Assembly (NCBI GenBank): GCA_973851085.1
Contig: OZ316776.1
Location: 10,106,001-10,170,000, forward strand
Source: Ptychomitrium polyphyllum
Taxonomy: Eukaryota
Direction: 5' to 3'
DNA: 64,000 nucleotides
Shown here: positions 1 to 11,259 of the stretch, one piece after another
Numbering within the stretch: position 1 is the stretch's first letter
Layout of the letters: the number at the start of each line of letters is the position of its first letter
Notes under the pieces: model-generated
Database searches by the model: none
What the model was told of the DNA's origin: nothing
What the model saw: the letters and a program-made list of their open reading frames with translations, nothing else
Made by a program: the position numbers and the translations under genes

Positions 1-2256
1 TGTGGCAATGAATGCCAAGCTATGCTAAGTGGATGTAATGAAGTTTAATCAATATTTTTTTTATTAAATTACAATTTAATTGGACTTTTAAATGGCATTT
101 AGAATTATGAGAGTGTTATATAAATGATTTAGAATTATTTGCTAAGTCAAGTCTTAGGAATATAGTTTAAAAGAATAAAACATTAAAAAGGATTTTCAAA
201 GAGATGTTAGTGCAACCATTCAGTAAAGCTTTTGCATTATTTCATACGCTTGCATTTGTTGATTTTTTCTTTGTAGAATGAGAGATAACTTGATTTATGT
301 GTTTACTTGCCAAAATATTTAGACGGTTTCTTGAAAATTTTAAATTGCTTGGTCTCTTTATTTTAATATTATTATAAGTTAATTTCTTGAATAAAAGGAA
401 AAAGAAATTTAAGTAGAAAATAATATTAGAATTTGTGAAGGTTGTGCGTAGTAAGCATCTTTTAATGCAAACAACCATAGTCCAACATGTCAAATGTTGC
501 CATTGTGATCTAATATGATACTAAGAACCCAAGGTTTTATATCCATGGCAATAGAATATATGGACCTTAAAGTAATTTGATTTATTTATTTTTCATTTAT
601 ATCCATTTTAGAAATTTTAATTCAATTTTTTTTTTATTTTCGTTTTTTTTGTTGTATTTTTCTTTAAAAGATTTTTTAAAGTATAATGGAAGAACTTTTA
701 AGGTTTAAATTTTATATTAGCATTTATTAAATTCAAGTTGAATTTTTAGTGGTAGGTTCTTTTAATTAATTAATTATTTTTGCAAGTTTTTATAACTTTT
801 GGCCATCTATTGTTGGTGTGTGTCAATAGCTTTGATCCATTTTTTCTTTTATCATTTGTTGTTTGGAAAAAGAGATGTAATTTTTGATTTTAGAGTTTTG
901 TATTTGGTATTTTTTCTTAATTGCAAGAATTGTTGCCATCAATGTATATTGTTGCCTCATTTTGTATTAATATAGTATGAATTTAATAAGTGTATTACAA
1001 AGATGAGATTGAATTAATGGTTGAAAAATCCTTTTGGATATATTAATTGGGTGGTGCTTATATGAATTGTGGTGACAAAAAAGTGACATTTTGTGAATTG
1101 CAAGTTTGGAGGTAATGGCATGTATATGCTGCTTTTAAGCCTTTAGATAAATGTAGATTATCAAATAATTTTTTTCATGGTATATATTAGAAGTCAATAT
1201 TATCAATTTTCAACATTAGACTACTTAGTGGATGATTATATTGAAGACCTTGAATCAATAATGAACACCAAGATGGCTTTCGAGTCTATTTTGACTTTAT
1301 ACACCATTAAGAAGTTTTGGCTCTTTAATAATGAAAAATATTTGAAGAGATGGAAGATGATTCTCATTAATTAATTAAGGATTGACTTTTGAGATTAATT
1401 AGAGCATATTTTGTTGATAAAAGTTTACCCGCCTATGCAAACTGTGAACCTTTGGTCATCCATAAGCATTCATCCACTCAAAATACTTGCATATGCATAA
1501 ATTCATCCAAACCTACGAACATTAATGCTGCTTACTACCCTATACAAGCTAGCAACTATGCTGATTTAATATTGCAAAAGAATATTGAGTACTTTTGTGG
1601 CTTACAAAATAAGACTTATATTTTGTACGTTTGAATAAGCACACTCTACGTTTGGAGATATTTTCAAACAATAGAAGATGAAAACAAGACGGACAATTCA
1701 AACGGCAGAATTTGTACACGGAAGTGACAACTATCACGGGTTGCAAGCGCTGCGTGATTCTTCACATTCACGCTCGAAGCTATCTGGGTTGCTGATCTTG
1801 TGCGCCATGTGTTTTCACTAGAGGTTATCATTTGTGGAGTATGACCTGCCTGCCTCTACTCGTTGAATCTCCATCTCAACAATGTTTGCGATGGCTGGGC
1901 ACAGTGATTTGAACCGCCCTAACTGCCCACATCTTGACTCTGAAAGCCGCCAGATTCGGTCGGTTGCCAAATTGTGAGATCCAGTTGGTTGAAGCTCTAA
2001 CACTCAAAGCGTCGCATATATGACCTCTTCACATAAACTCTCAGCAGCATATTTTCGTTGGTCAAACAGCTCGTTCTTGCCTTAAAGCTGTCACTCCAAG
2101 CCCTAGTTCAGACCGGTAGCTGAAACTAGCTCCAGCTCGTGCTACCATATATCTGACAAGTGAACGAAAAGTAGTTGCTTGATCGAGTTCTAGAAAAATA
2201 AAGAGGTTGAATTTGTATCAAGGAAAGCAAGACTTGGAAATTGAGTACCTTTCAGG

Positions 2257-4100
2257 ATGAGAGAGTGCATTTGTATCCACATTGGTCAGGCCGGCGTGCA
2301 AGTTGGAAATGCGTGCTGGGAGCTTTTTTGTCTTGAGCATGGTATTCAGGTAAGCAGCTGCCTTTACTAAATTTAAATTGCAATCTTGATACATGATTCA
2401 ATTCGGAACAACCACAGCTGACGCAATGTTCTTGTACTGCTCTAACCCCGCTGAAACCTGCACAGCCGGATGGTCAAATGCCAGTTGAGAAGACCGTAGG
2501 AGGAGGAGATGATGCCTTCAACACCTTCTTCACCGAAACGGGAGCCGGAAAGCATGTCCCTCGCTGTCTGTACGTCGACCTGGAGCCCACAGTGGTGGAT
2601 GAAGTGCGCACTGGCACATACCGCCAGCTTTTCCACCCCGAGCAGCTCATCAGTGGCAAAGAGGATGCAGCCAACAACTTCGCTCGTGGGCACTACACAA
2701 GTATGGGCGATTCCTTTCCAAACGTCGGCACATTCAGTTCCGTTACCCAATTTAGGCCTAGAAACCGTGACCATCGTTGCTGTCCATGGTTTCAATAATC
2801 ACTAACATGTCTATAAATGCATCACTTACATAATTTGGTAATCGTTGCTTCAGTTGGGAAGGAGATTGTGGATTTAGCCCTCGACAGAATCCGAAAGCTG
2901 GCGGACCAGTGTACAGGACTGCAAGGATTCATGGTCTTCCATGCTGTGGGTGGTGGAACTGGCTCAGGCCTTGGCTCGTTGCTTCTCGAGAGGATGTCTG
3001 TCGACTATGGGAAGAAAACAAAGCTGTCTAAGTGCATCTTCCCAAGTCCTCAAGTGTCTGGTGCAGTGGTGGAGCCTTACAACAGCATTCTCTCTTGTCA
3101 TGGGCTCTTGGAACACACGGAGGTGTCCGTCATGTTCGACAACGAGGCCATTTATGATATTTGCCGACGCAACTTGGACATTGAACGTCCCACGTACACC
3201 AATCTGAACCGACTCATTACCCAGGTCCTTATCAGATTTCCAACCTGCACAAGCAAATTAAACCCAGTAGAAGTAAGCAAAGTACCAGTACTTGATTAAT
3301 CTGTGAAACGTGACCTGATATACTACTTCGTTGATTGGCTGCCACTGCAGGTGATGTCGTCGCTGACAGCCTCCCTGCGCTTCGACGGCGCCTTGAATAT
3401 GGACCTCACAAATTTCCAGACAAATTTGGTGCCATATCCCCGAATCCACTTCATGCTTGCGTCCTACGCACCCATCATCTCGGCCGAGAAAGCCTACCAT
3501 GAGCAGCTGACCGTCTCGGAGCTCAGTAACAGCGTGTTCGAGCCATCCAGCATGATGGCCAAATGCGACCCCCGGCACGGCAAGTACATCGCCTGCGCGC
3601 TAATGTACCGAGGCGACGTCGTCCCCAAAGATGTCAACTCCGCAGTGGGCAGCATCAAAACCAAGCGCACAATCCAGTTCGTGGACTGGTGCCCCACGGG
3701 CTTCAAGTGTGGAATCAACTACCAGCCTCCCACAGGTGATTCTTCTGGGTTGATCCATCTCCTGATTAGATGCCCAAATCAAGAGACCTAATCTAATGAT
3801 TCTAACCATGATCAGCCTCTCCCAACAGTGGTCCCTGGTGGTGATCTGGCCAAAGTCCAACGCGCCTGCTGCATGGTGGCAAACAGCACCAGTGTTGCCG
3901 AGGTGTTTGCACGTTTGGACCACAAATTTGATCTCATGTACGCTAAGCGCGCATTTGTACATTGGTACGTTGGGGAGGGGATGGAGGAAGGGGAATTCTC
4001 GGAGGCGCGGGAGGATTTGGCTGCCCTTGAGAAGGACTACGAAGAAGTGGGTGCGGATTCTACTGAAGGTGATGGCGAAGGTGATGAGGAGGAATACTAG
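2257..4100 (+). CDS. TUA: Alpha-tubulin, divergent isotype, 5 exons, 451 aa, carries E254N
   Basis: Exons 2257-2349, 2466-2700, 2854-3224, 3351-3735 and 3829-4100, all GT-AG and in frame. N-terminus [30 protein letters not shown] signature, K40 present, C-terminal EEEY. Confidence 0.98.
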
Positions 4101-4513
4101 ATCTTGAACAACAGTCCTGAGGTTTAGCATATCGGACCTTGTCAGATGAACCAAGACTCGAACTAGAACTCAGAACCAGTTTTTCTGAAACCTCAGTCTA
4201 CCTTTTTCTCTCTCCATCGAGCTTTTAGGTACCCCAGTCGGCTGCGACCAGGTGCAGAGTTTGTACCTTCTCTGCTCCCTGCAATTTTGTGAAAACTTCT
4301 AACAAAATTTTCCAATCATTACCTCAAAGGTTCAGGAATTTTTAGCTGCGTGGCATCTATTGTGACGGGGCGTTACAGCTAAGCTACATCCAGAGCAGAG
4401 GGAGCTCAACTATTCTCAGGTTTAGCGATGGCGTCACAGTCGGTGACAGAAGTTCCTTGGTCACGGTGAACAGGGTGATCGTCCCTTGGAGAAAAAACAT
4501 GCATTTTCTGGTC

Positions 4514-5871
4514 TTACCAGTGATGTGAGCGGGAGTCTTCATACTCGGCTTCATTAGGATGTACAATGTCAAAACAAGATTTCCAGACTTCGCTCTTTTT
4601 AACAATAATGTCATCAGGTGCAATGAGCATGTCAACTTCGCATAGCTTGTCATCCCATCTAGTCCAGTGGTGGACTTCAAGCTCTTCATGTTCAATCTCA
4701 CCCATCGTGTTCTCATAATCCGCTCCGAAACTACCTACACCAAATTCATTGTCGCCAGAAGCACATAGCATCCTTCAGGAACATATGAAGGAGTAGTACC
4801 AGGTGCTACTTCCCCGATTTGTTGCAAGGTTACGGTGCATAAAAACAAATCAAGCAGTGAGCTTCTGACTGAGTTTCTGCAATTCCACAAAACTTCTGCT
4901 ATAATCTGGACTTTGTAGAGCAATTCTTAAAAAAACAAGTCTTCATTACAGTAACCAATTTACTGTAAAGAAATTGCAAGCTTCTCCAGAAGGCCAAAAG
5001 GGTTCTTGTCCTTCAATTTCTGTACCCAAGATCAGAGAACAGCCTTAGCCTTGAGCAAAGAGAAAAACTTTTGATATTTGCTTGCGAGGGATTATTAAAT
5101 TTTGGAATAGAGTCATCAAAGGTGCCGTCCTCGAAAACTAATTTTCGAATATAAGAAGTTCGGCTGTATGAACAAATCGAAGACCAAGAACAGCTGAATA
5201 TCTGAATTATCCATCCGCAGCTTTTGGTTTGGAAAGAAAGTGGTATGGAAGGAAGCAATATGCGGAGGAAGCTGTGACTTACACCAAGTGAATTGTATGT
5301 AAACGGCCTCGATCCTATTGCTGCCACCAATTCACCACCTCTGAAGCCCATCTACATTGGAATTAGAATCAGTATTGTCTCAATTTCAGGCTGTCTGTTT
5401 CATATCACAAAGGAACTGGAGGGGATCACAATGCTCATACAGTAGCAACTTGGACAAGTATGCCCTGACTCGTATCTCATATAATCCCAGTGTATTAACA
5501 CCATCTGCTGTAATCAGCTGTACATTTGTACTTGAGAATAGAATTCCCTGTAGGAAATTAAAAAGGGATGAGTTTAGCTGCCAGGAACAACGAGTCTCTC
5601 CATCAATAACAATGGTTGAACCATCAACAAATAAAGATACTTTTTGAACTCGAATAACATCTTCACTAGAGAGAAGAAGGTATAATTCACCGATCCCAAG
5701 GATTTGTAGCAAATTAATGACAACTTCCACATCATTGACACCAATTCTTCCGTCTGTCATAGATGTTTCACGACTGCAATGTACATTCATGCTTGAGTAT
5801 AATGAGAAGGTTTGTGAACAACCTCTGCCTCCGAGCTCCTTCCGTTGTCTAGTCATTTGCCATTGTTTCAT
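4514..5871 (-). pseudogene. Degenerate 2OG-Fe(II) oxygenase-like gene
   Basis: Fragments ..TRCSWQLN.., RVRAYLSKLLLYE, (frameshift) ETILILIPM*MGFRGGELVA and C-terminal MGEIEHEELEVHHW..NEAEYE follow the order I recall for the 'AELYKLLLYE..HxD..TLVVQLP..GGELVV' 2OG-Fe(II) oxygenase family. Stops at 5386-5388 and 5352-5354; the HxD motif is not retained. Recognised by eye only. Confidence 0.55.
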
Positions 5872-7949
5872 AGAAGAAACTTAGGACCAGTATAAAAGTT
5901 CTTGTTCTAGCTGATGCAAGAGGTATGTCACTCTTGTGAGCACTTAAACACGTGCAAGAGATAAACAATGTCAGCATGCTCCACTACTGAATCTTGGACA
6001 AGGAAAATTTCAAAACAACACTTCTTTAAATTGGTACAAATTCTAAATTCTAAAGCATGCAAGAATGTTATTTCGCATTCAGCCTATCGAACGTCACCTA
6101 CAAACTGATTGTGACATACGCCAAGGTAACCTGTTTCTGCGGATGGATGCGCCCTCAACATCTCTTCATTGTAGAGCGCCTAGCGACCGAGTACAGGTAA
6201 AGACCACGCATTGTTCATGACAGAAAACAGCGAGGCCATGGGGTAGAAAGAAGAAACGGAAACATCAACAAGGATGATGCGAAATCAACACATACACAGC
6301 TCGTTCTTTAATCAGTTAGCATTCCACCTAAGCAAAGTTGACAATCGATATTCATCTCACCTGCCTTTATGTCGACAGCAAAGCAACAACTCGTAACACG
6401 GCTCCAATCACACTTATTTGCACCTCTTGGAACAGCCAGCCTGTAAGAGAAAATTACAAATCGCTGAATGCCGCAGCTAAGTCAACTTTAGTGTGATAGT
6501 GTGTAGCTGAATCGTTGTTTCTGGCCAATAGAATGCAGAATGCGGCGACGATTTCAACATAGAACGGGCGCCAGTGTAGATTGCCGGAAGTGCGTCGCAT
6601 CGACTTTCTGTATCCATATTAAGAAGCTCTTTACGATGCTCGGTAGCCGAGGTTTTGGTAGGAGAAGAGTGCCGGTGCATGCATCAATGACGAACATTTG
6701 GTTAGACCGGTACATCCACTTCGAAGCTTGGTACGAGTGTGTAAGTGTATTCATTCCGCTACACACTACGTTTTACACAACGATTCAGGTACACACTACC
6801 TCAAGTGGAAATCGTTTCAATTTCATTTGAAAGGAAATATAGAAACGTTCAGTCCGCAGCACCGACTTCATTTAAGTCCATCAACCACCTCTTGATGGGG
6901 CTCTGCTGGTGCTTTCATTGGCAGTGGATCGAATTGGAACTCGGCTCATCTTGGGAGCTGTATGTGTGTAAAGCTTGGTGGTTTCACTCTGCCACGGATT
7001 GTCTGCACGGCAATTGATGCATTTGAAGGCCTTTTTCACCTATTGGGTTTTTGAAGGGAATTTTGTATTTGAGCACTACCAAACCAGAGCAGCACAAAAG
7101 ACTGGCGATGTTTTATTTGCATGGTACTAGAAGTGAGTCTCTAATGTGCCTCACTCCTCTTTGCCCTAAATGCGACATTTTAGTTTGTGACCGAATATGC
7201 GATGGTGGATTGGATTTGTTTCTGAGATGGATGCAGGGTGCTTCCGGAGCCTGCTGTACACTTCAGAGGAGTACACCATAGCTAAGTTGTTATTTGACCT
7301 TTTTTTCAGAGTCCTGTATCGAGTGAGGAACCACTGATCTTGGTCTTTGTATTGTTAGCTCGTTGATCTTAAATGCGGCTTCTCTTCCTTTGTACAGGCA
7401 GGATGAGTGATCGATTCTTGCTGCAGATAAACAAAGCATGTGCTGGAGGTACATGTCTGAGAAGCCTTTGTTAATCATTGCTTAGTCTTGTTGCGGACGA
7501 AAAGCACACCTAAAGGGTAGCATAGCGGATGGCATTGGTGGTGTTAAACTTTTTTGTCGAAGTGAATCGAAGGCTGCGGATAATTGATTCAAACAAAGAG
7601 TCTCGGTAGTACTGGATTTGCCTGCATAGTAAATGAAAGAAGAATTTTGAAATCGAGGAAAAAAGGCTGAGTTGATGCATTGAAGAACTCGTGAGAAGGA
7701 CCAGGCCGCACCAAAGGGGCAGCAGACCCGTTAGTACTAAATTGGCCGTTGCCGCCGTCATTGTAGTCCAAATCTCTAGATCTTAGCTTTTCTAAAAACT
7801 AGACTTGCAGCCGCTTAGCTCCAAGAATTTTCACTACAATTTGATTGTTAAGCACCGAGAAAACGTCTTCTAAAATTAGGCTTCCAACCTACCAGGCCAA
7901 TGGATCCCCTCTCACTCAAACAACAGCCAATTCTTCCATATTTCTCCAA

Positions 7950-8243
7950 TTTTTGCGTTCCTTGGCTTGTTGGAAGATTAATGGCTTTCACCAGCAACTC
8001 TCTAAATTCTAGCTTTAGCACTTGCACAATGACGGATTGATGGCCCAAAATCCGAGCCCTAATTGCTATAGTATTTGTAAAAGTGCCTTCCATTAAATTG
8101 CTTGGTTCTTTCTTGTTATAGCTCCAATTCAAGCATTCTTTGGCTTGTTGAAAAACTTTTACTTGTTTTTACCAACCCTTCAAAATTCAACTCGTGCTCT
8201 TGCATAATAAAGGATTGACGGCCCAAAATCCAAGCCTTAATTG
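7950..8243. repeat. Degenerate ~180-bp-spaced direct duplication in a probable old TE remnant
   Basis: ttggcttgttg...cttgcacaatgacggattgatggcccaaaatccgagccctaattg (~7960-8064) recurs as ttggcttgttg...cttgcataataaaggattgacggcccaaaatccaagccttaattg (~8139-8243). Confidence 0.6.
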
Positions 8244-8821
8244 TTACCTCCTTTTATTCTAACACTAATTTCTTTTGCTAAACACCTAATTATTTCCTTG
8301 CTCATAACTAAATCCTATTTGTAAAAAAATAATTGTGTCAATTAATCCAAAACTTATTTCAAAAGTCTAATTTCAAATACCAAATTTCAAACCCTAATTT
8401 CAAAACCTAGCTTTCTTTGTTCTTTCAACAAAACCTTTCTTATTAAAATTAATGGTGTGTTTACAATTAAATTTGCTTGAAAACTAAGTGTAAAACTAAC
8501 TCAAAACCTTTAACTCCAAAACTTAATTCTCTGTTTTACAAACTTCATTCTTAGTATTTTTAATTCTCTAGAATCTTGTTCTTTCAAACCTTCTTTTTAA
8601 AATACTCTACCTTATTCTTACATACCTTCCTTCAAATCTTGAATTTCTTAATCAAATTGTAATAATAATTTTTGTTAATTCTAAAAAATTTTAAATTTAG
8701 TTGCTATTTCCAAATTTAGCTATTTTATGAATTTTAATCAATGTTCTAAATTTAGCTGCTATTTTAAATTTCAACTTTTTGGTCCTATTTATTAAAATTA
8801 GGACTATTTGTTAACTTTAGT

Positions 8822-9842
8822 TGTTGTGCATCTCTCCTTGAGAAATGCCCGCAACACTAAGGGCACAAAGAAGGCCCTGGAGTGACGTCCGGGACTTGTA
8901 GCGCCGATAGTGAAGTGGCCCAAGTAAGCCTAGCGTGGGAAAGATTCTGAGGGGGAGAAACATCCTTGCCCATGTAGTTCGAGAGCTACAAGGGATAAAT
9001 TAAAAGCATTAGAGTACTCACAACGAGTTAATTCTAGATTGTTAAAAATTGCTCAAATCGGACAAAGGAGCTAAAAGATATAGCATCTCAAAATTAGGGC
9101 TATCAAGGGGCTGTTTTAGACTGTGGCAGTCCTAGGCAGTGACTGTACTGGACTGGGACAGTATAAGGAGGGACTCCTCGGGAGTTTTAAACCTTGCAAA
9201 AAGTCCCGAAAGCTTCCTGCGGCTAAGTCCCAAGGGAGATCGGGTGGTCTTCCAAAGTTTTGGGTGTGTCGGGGTTCAGCTAGCTACAGAGGACCAGGGG
9301 GCTTGCCAAATCCTACAGAGAGTACAATAGGAGAGGGCTGGTCCCCCTCCTGACTTCCTTAGTGTCCCGGTAGGAACCAAGGATAAGTCCTGATTGGTGG
9401 AGCTAGTGTTGGAACTTCACCACAGGGACTCTCATACCATTGTGAGTTGGTGGATGATCGGTTTCACGAAGAGAACTAGTGAGATAAAAAGGGCACGCTT
9501 GTTACCATTAAATTAAAGTGGTGTCTTTACGCCGGTACCATAATGGCCCGGGATGATCTTAGGATCACATGGGAATCATAAGTAGTGGTGAGGAGACACC
9601 ACTAAGTGCGGTTAGGCCGTGTGGAATGGGAGTAACACCAAGCAAGGCCTTGGACATGAATGGAAGTCCGCACTTAACCATTGGCTACCAATCAATTGGG
9701 TGTCCTAAGAGAAATGGTAGGGGGAATTAGAAACCAAGCTTGGGACTTAGAAAGTGAAAATGGGGATTAACCATGTGCATGTGGGGGTGTACAGGGTTGA
9801 CGCGCGTGACGTTTGTTAAGGTGCATTACAAGGGTAGCGATA
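8822..9842 (-). mobile_element. Solo LTR, older copy, same family as 59884-61028 in inverted orientation
   Basis: Aligns by eye over ~1 kb to the reverse complement of 59884-61028. Termini TGTTGTGCAT...GTAGCGATA are decayed versions of TGTCGCGCAT...GTTGCGACA. Flanks ttagt (8817-8821) and ttagc (9843-9847) give a 4/5 TSD. Strand is relative to the other copy. Confidence 0.88.
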
Positions 9843-10689
9843 TTAGCTCTATTAATTAAATTTAAAATAGCTTCTAAATTTAGCCTTCTTTTTAAATTCA
9901 GCATATTTTAAAATTCAAACCTACTTCTAAATTCAAACCTACTTTTGAATTCACTTATCACTTCTACTAATATTTGATTTTTTCCATCATAATTAAGTTG
10001 AATTTCTCTATCTTCTTTTATAATTGAATTGGAATTAGTCCAAAAATATAAATCGAACCTTTTAGAGTTAACTAATGAAAATTCTTACAAAATCTAGTTA
10101 GTTATGGAATGCACCTAGTTAGTATTATTTCAAAAGTAATTCTTCACTATTATCATTAATATTTAATTTTAAATACTAAATAACCAAATGAGCCGATTAC
10201 TTGGCTCATATATGGCAACCATTTGGGACAATTCAAAGAGGCAAAGAACCCAATTAAAGTACTATGAGAAAAGTAGGAAATCAGTGGCTACACGATTATA
10301 AATGAATTGAGCCCTCTAAAGAATGGAAAAGTGAGATTGGACTATCATGTGGGTGGATTGAAAAAATTATTAATAAAAGGATCTAAAAATGTTGATTATA
10401 GAGATAAAAAGATGATGCCAAGAGAAAAAGGAAATTTAGATTTTCACTTATAAATTTGATTGAGCTAATCATGAGAAAATTTCTTTAAGTTAGTGGGCAT
10501 GGTGAAGTAGTTAGCAAGACTTTTTAAGCGTAGACCATCAGTGTTTTCATCTTGAACCTCTGTAGATGAATATGAGTCCATTAGGTGTCATATTCTTTAC
10601 ATCGGCTTCCACTGCTACGTGTTAGAAATAATTCTCTGTTGAATGTCTCCAATTGTACTATATTGTTGACAAACACCTCCTTTACTAAG

Positions 10690-11259
10690 GTAATTAGGTT
10701 TCAATAAAGGGGCCTTATTACAGAGTAAGCTGCTAATTGTTGTTTGAGGGTATTAAAAGTTGTTTGACACTTAGAGGTCCATTCAAACTTGAGGATTTTT
10801 CTAGTAATATTGGTAAGAAGAATGGAGATAGTAGTCTTTCTGTATGCACTTGTTTAGTGCCCTATAATCTATACAAACCCTCAATTTACCGTTCTTTCTC
10901 TTTAATAACACCATTGGAAATACCCAATATGATATCTCTACTAGTTTGATGAAGCTAGCTTCTAGTTACTTTTCCAATTCTACCTTAATTATTAACTGTA
11001 AATTCCGATTAATTCTCTTCTTTCTGAATGGGCTTGGACCCTGGAATAAGAAGGATAATGTATTGGGCCACCTCAGGGGAATTCCTCGCAAGTCTTTATA
11101 CAACCAAGCAAAGATATGACGGAATTCCATTACTAAGGTTTTATAATCCTTTATTTTCTTGGCTATTAGTTGTACCTTGATCTTGATGGTTTGCGATGGT
11201 TCACCCTCAATGGCTACATCCATCAATTTCCAAACTTGTGACTTGACACGGCCACTCAA
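10690..11259 (-). mobile_element. Ty3/gypsy pol remnant (RT N-terminus and RT-RNaseH linker), internally deleted
   Basis: EFRHIFAWLYKDLRGIP..LIIKVELEK* LEASFIKLVEISYWVFPMVLLKRKNGKLRVCIDYRALNKC, followed abruptly by FEWTSKCQTTFNTLK. Stops and frameshifts are present. Confidence 0.85.

Noticed and set aside
2442..4154. Antisense and alternative-frame ORFs over tubulin, PHO1, tetraspanin and ARP5 exons
   Set aside because: Shadow ORFs of GC-rich coding exons.
6000..7780. Several short overlapping ORFs
   Set aside because: No recognisable domain or consistent exon chain; may be decayed coding or TE sequence.
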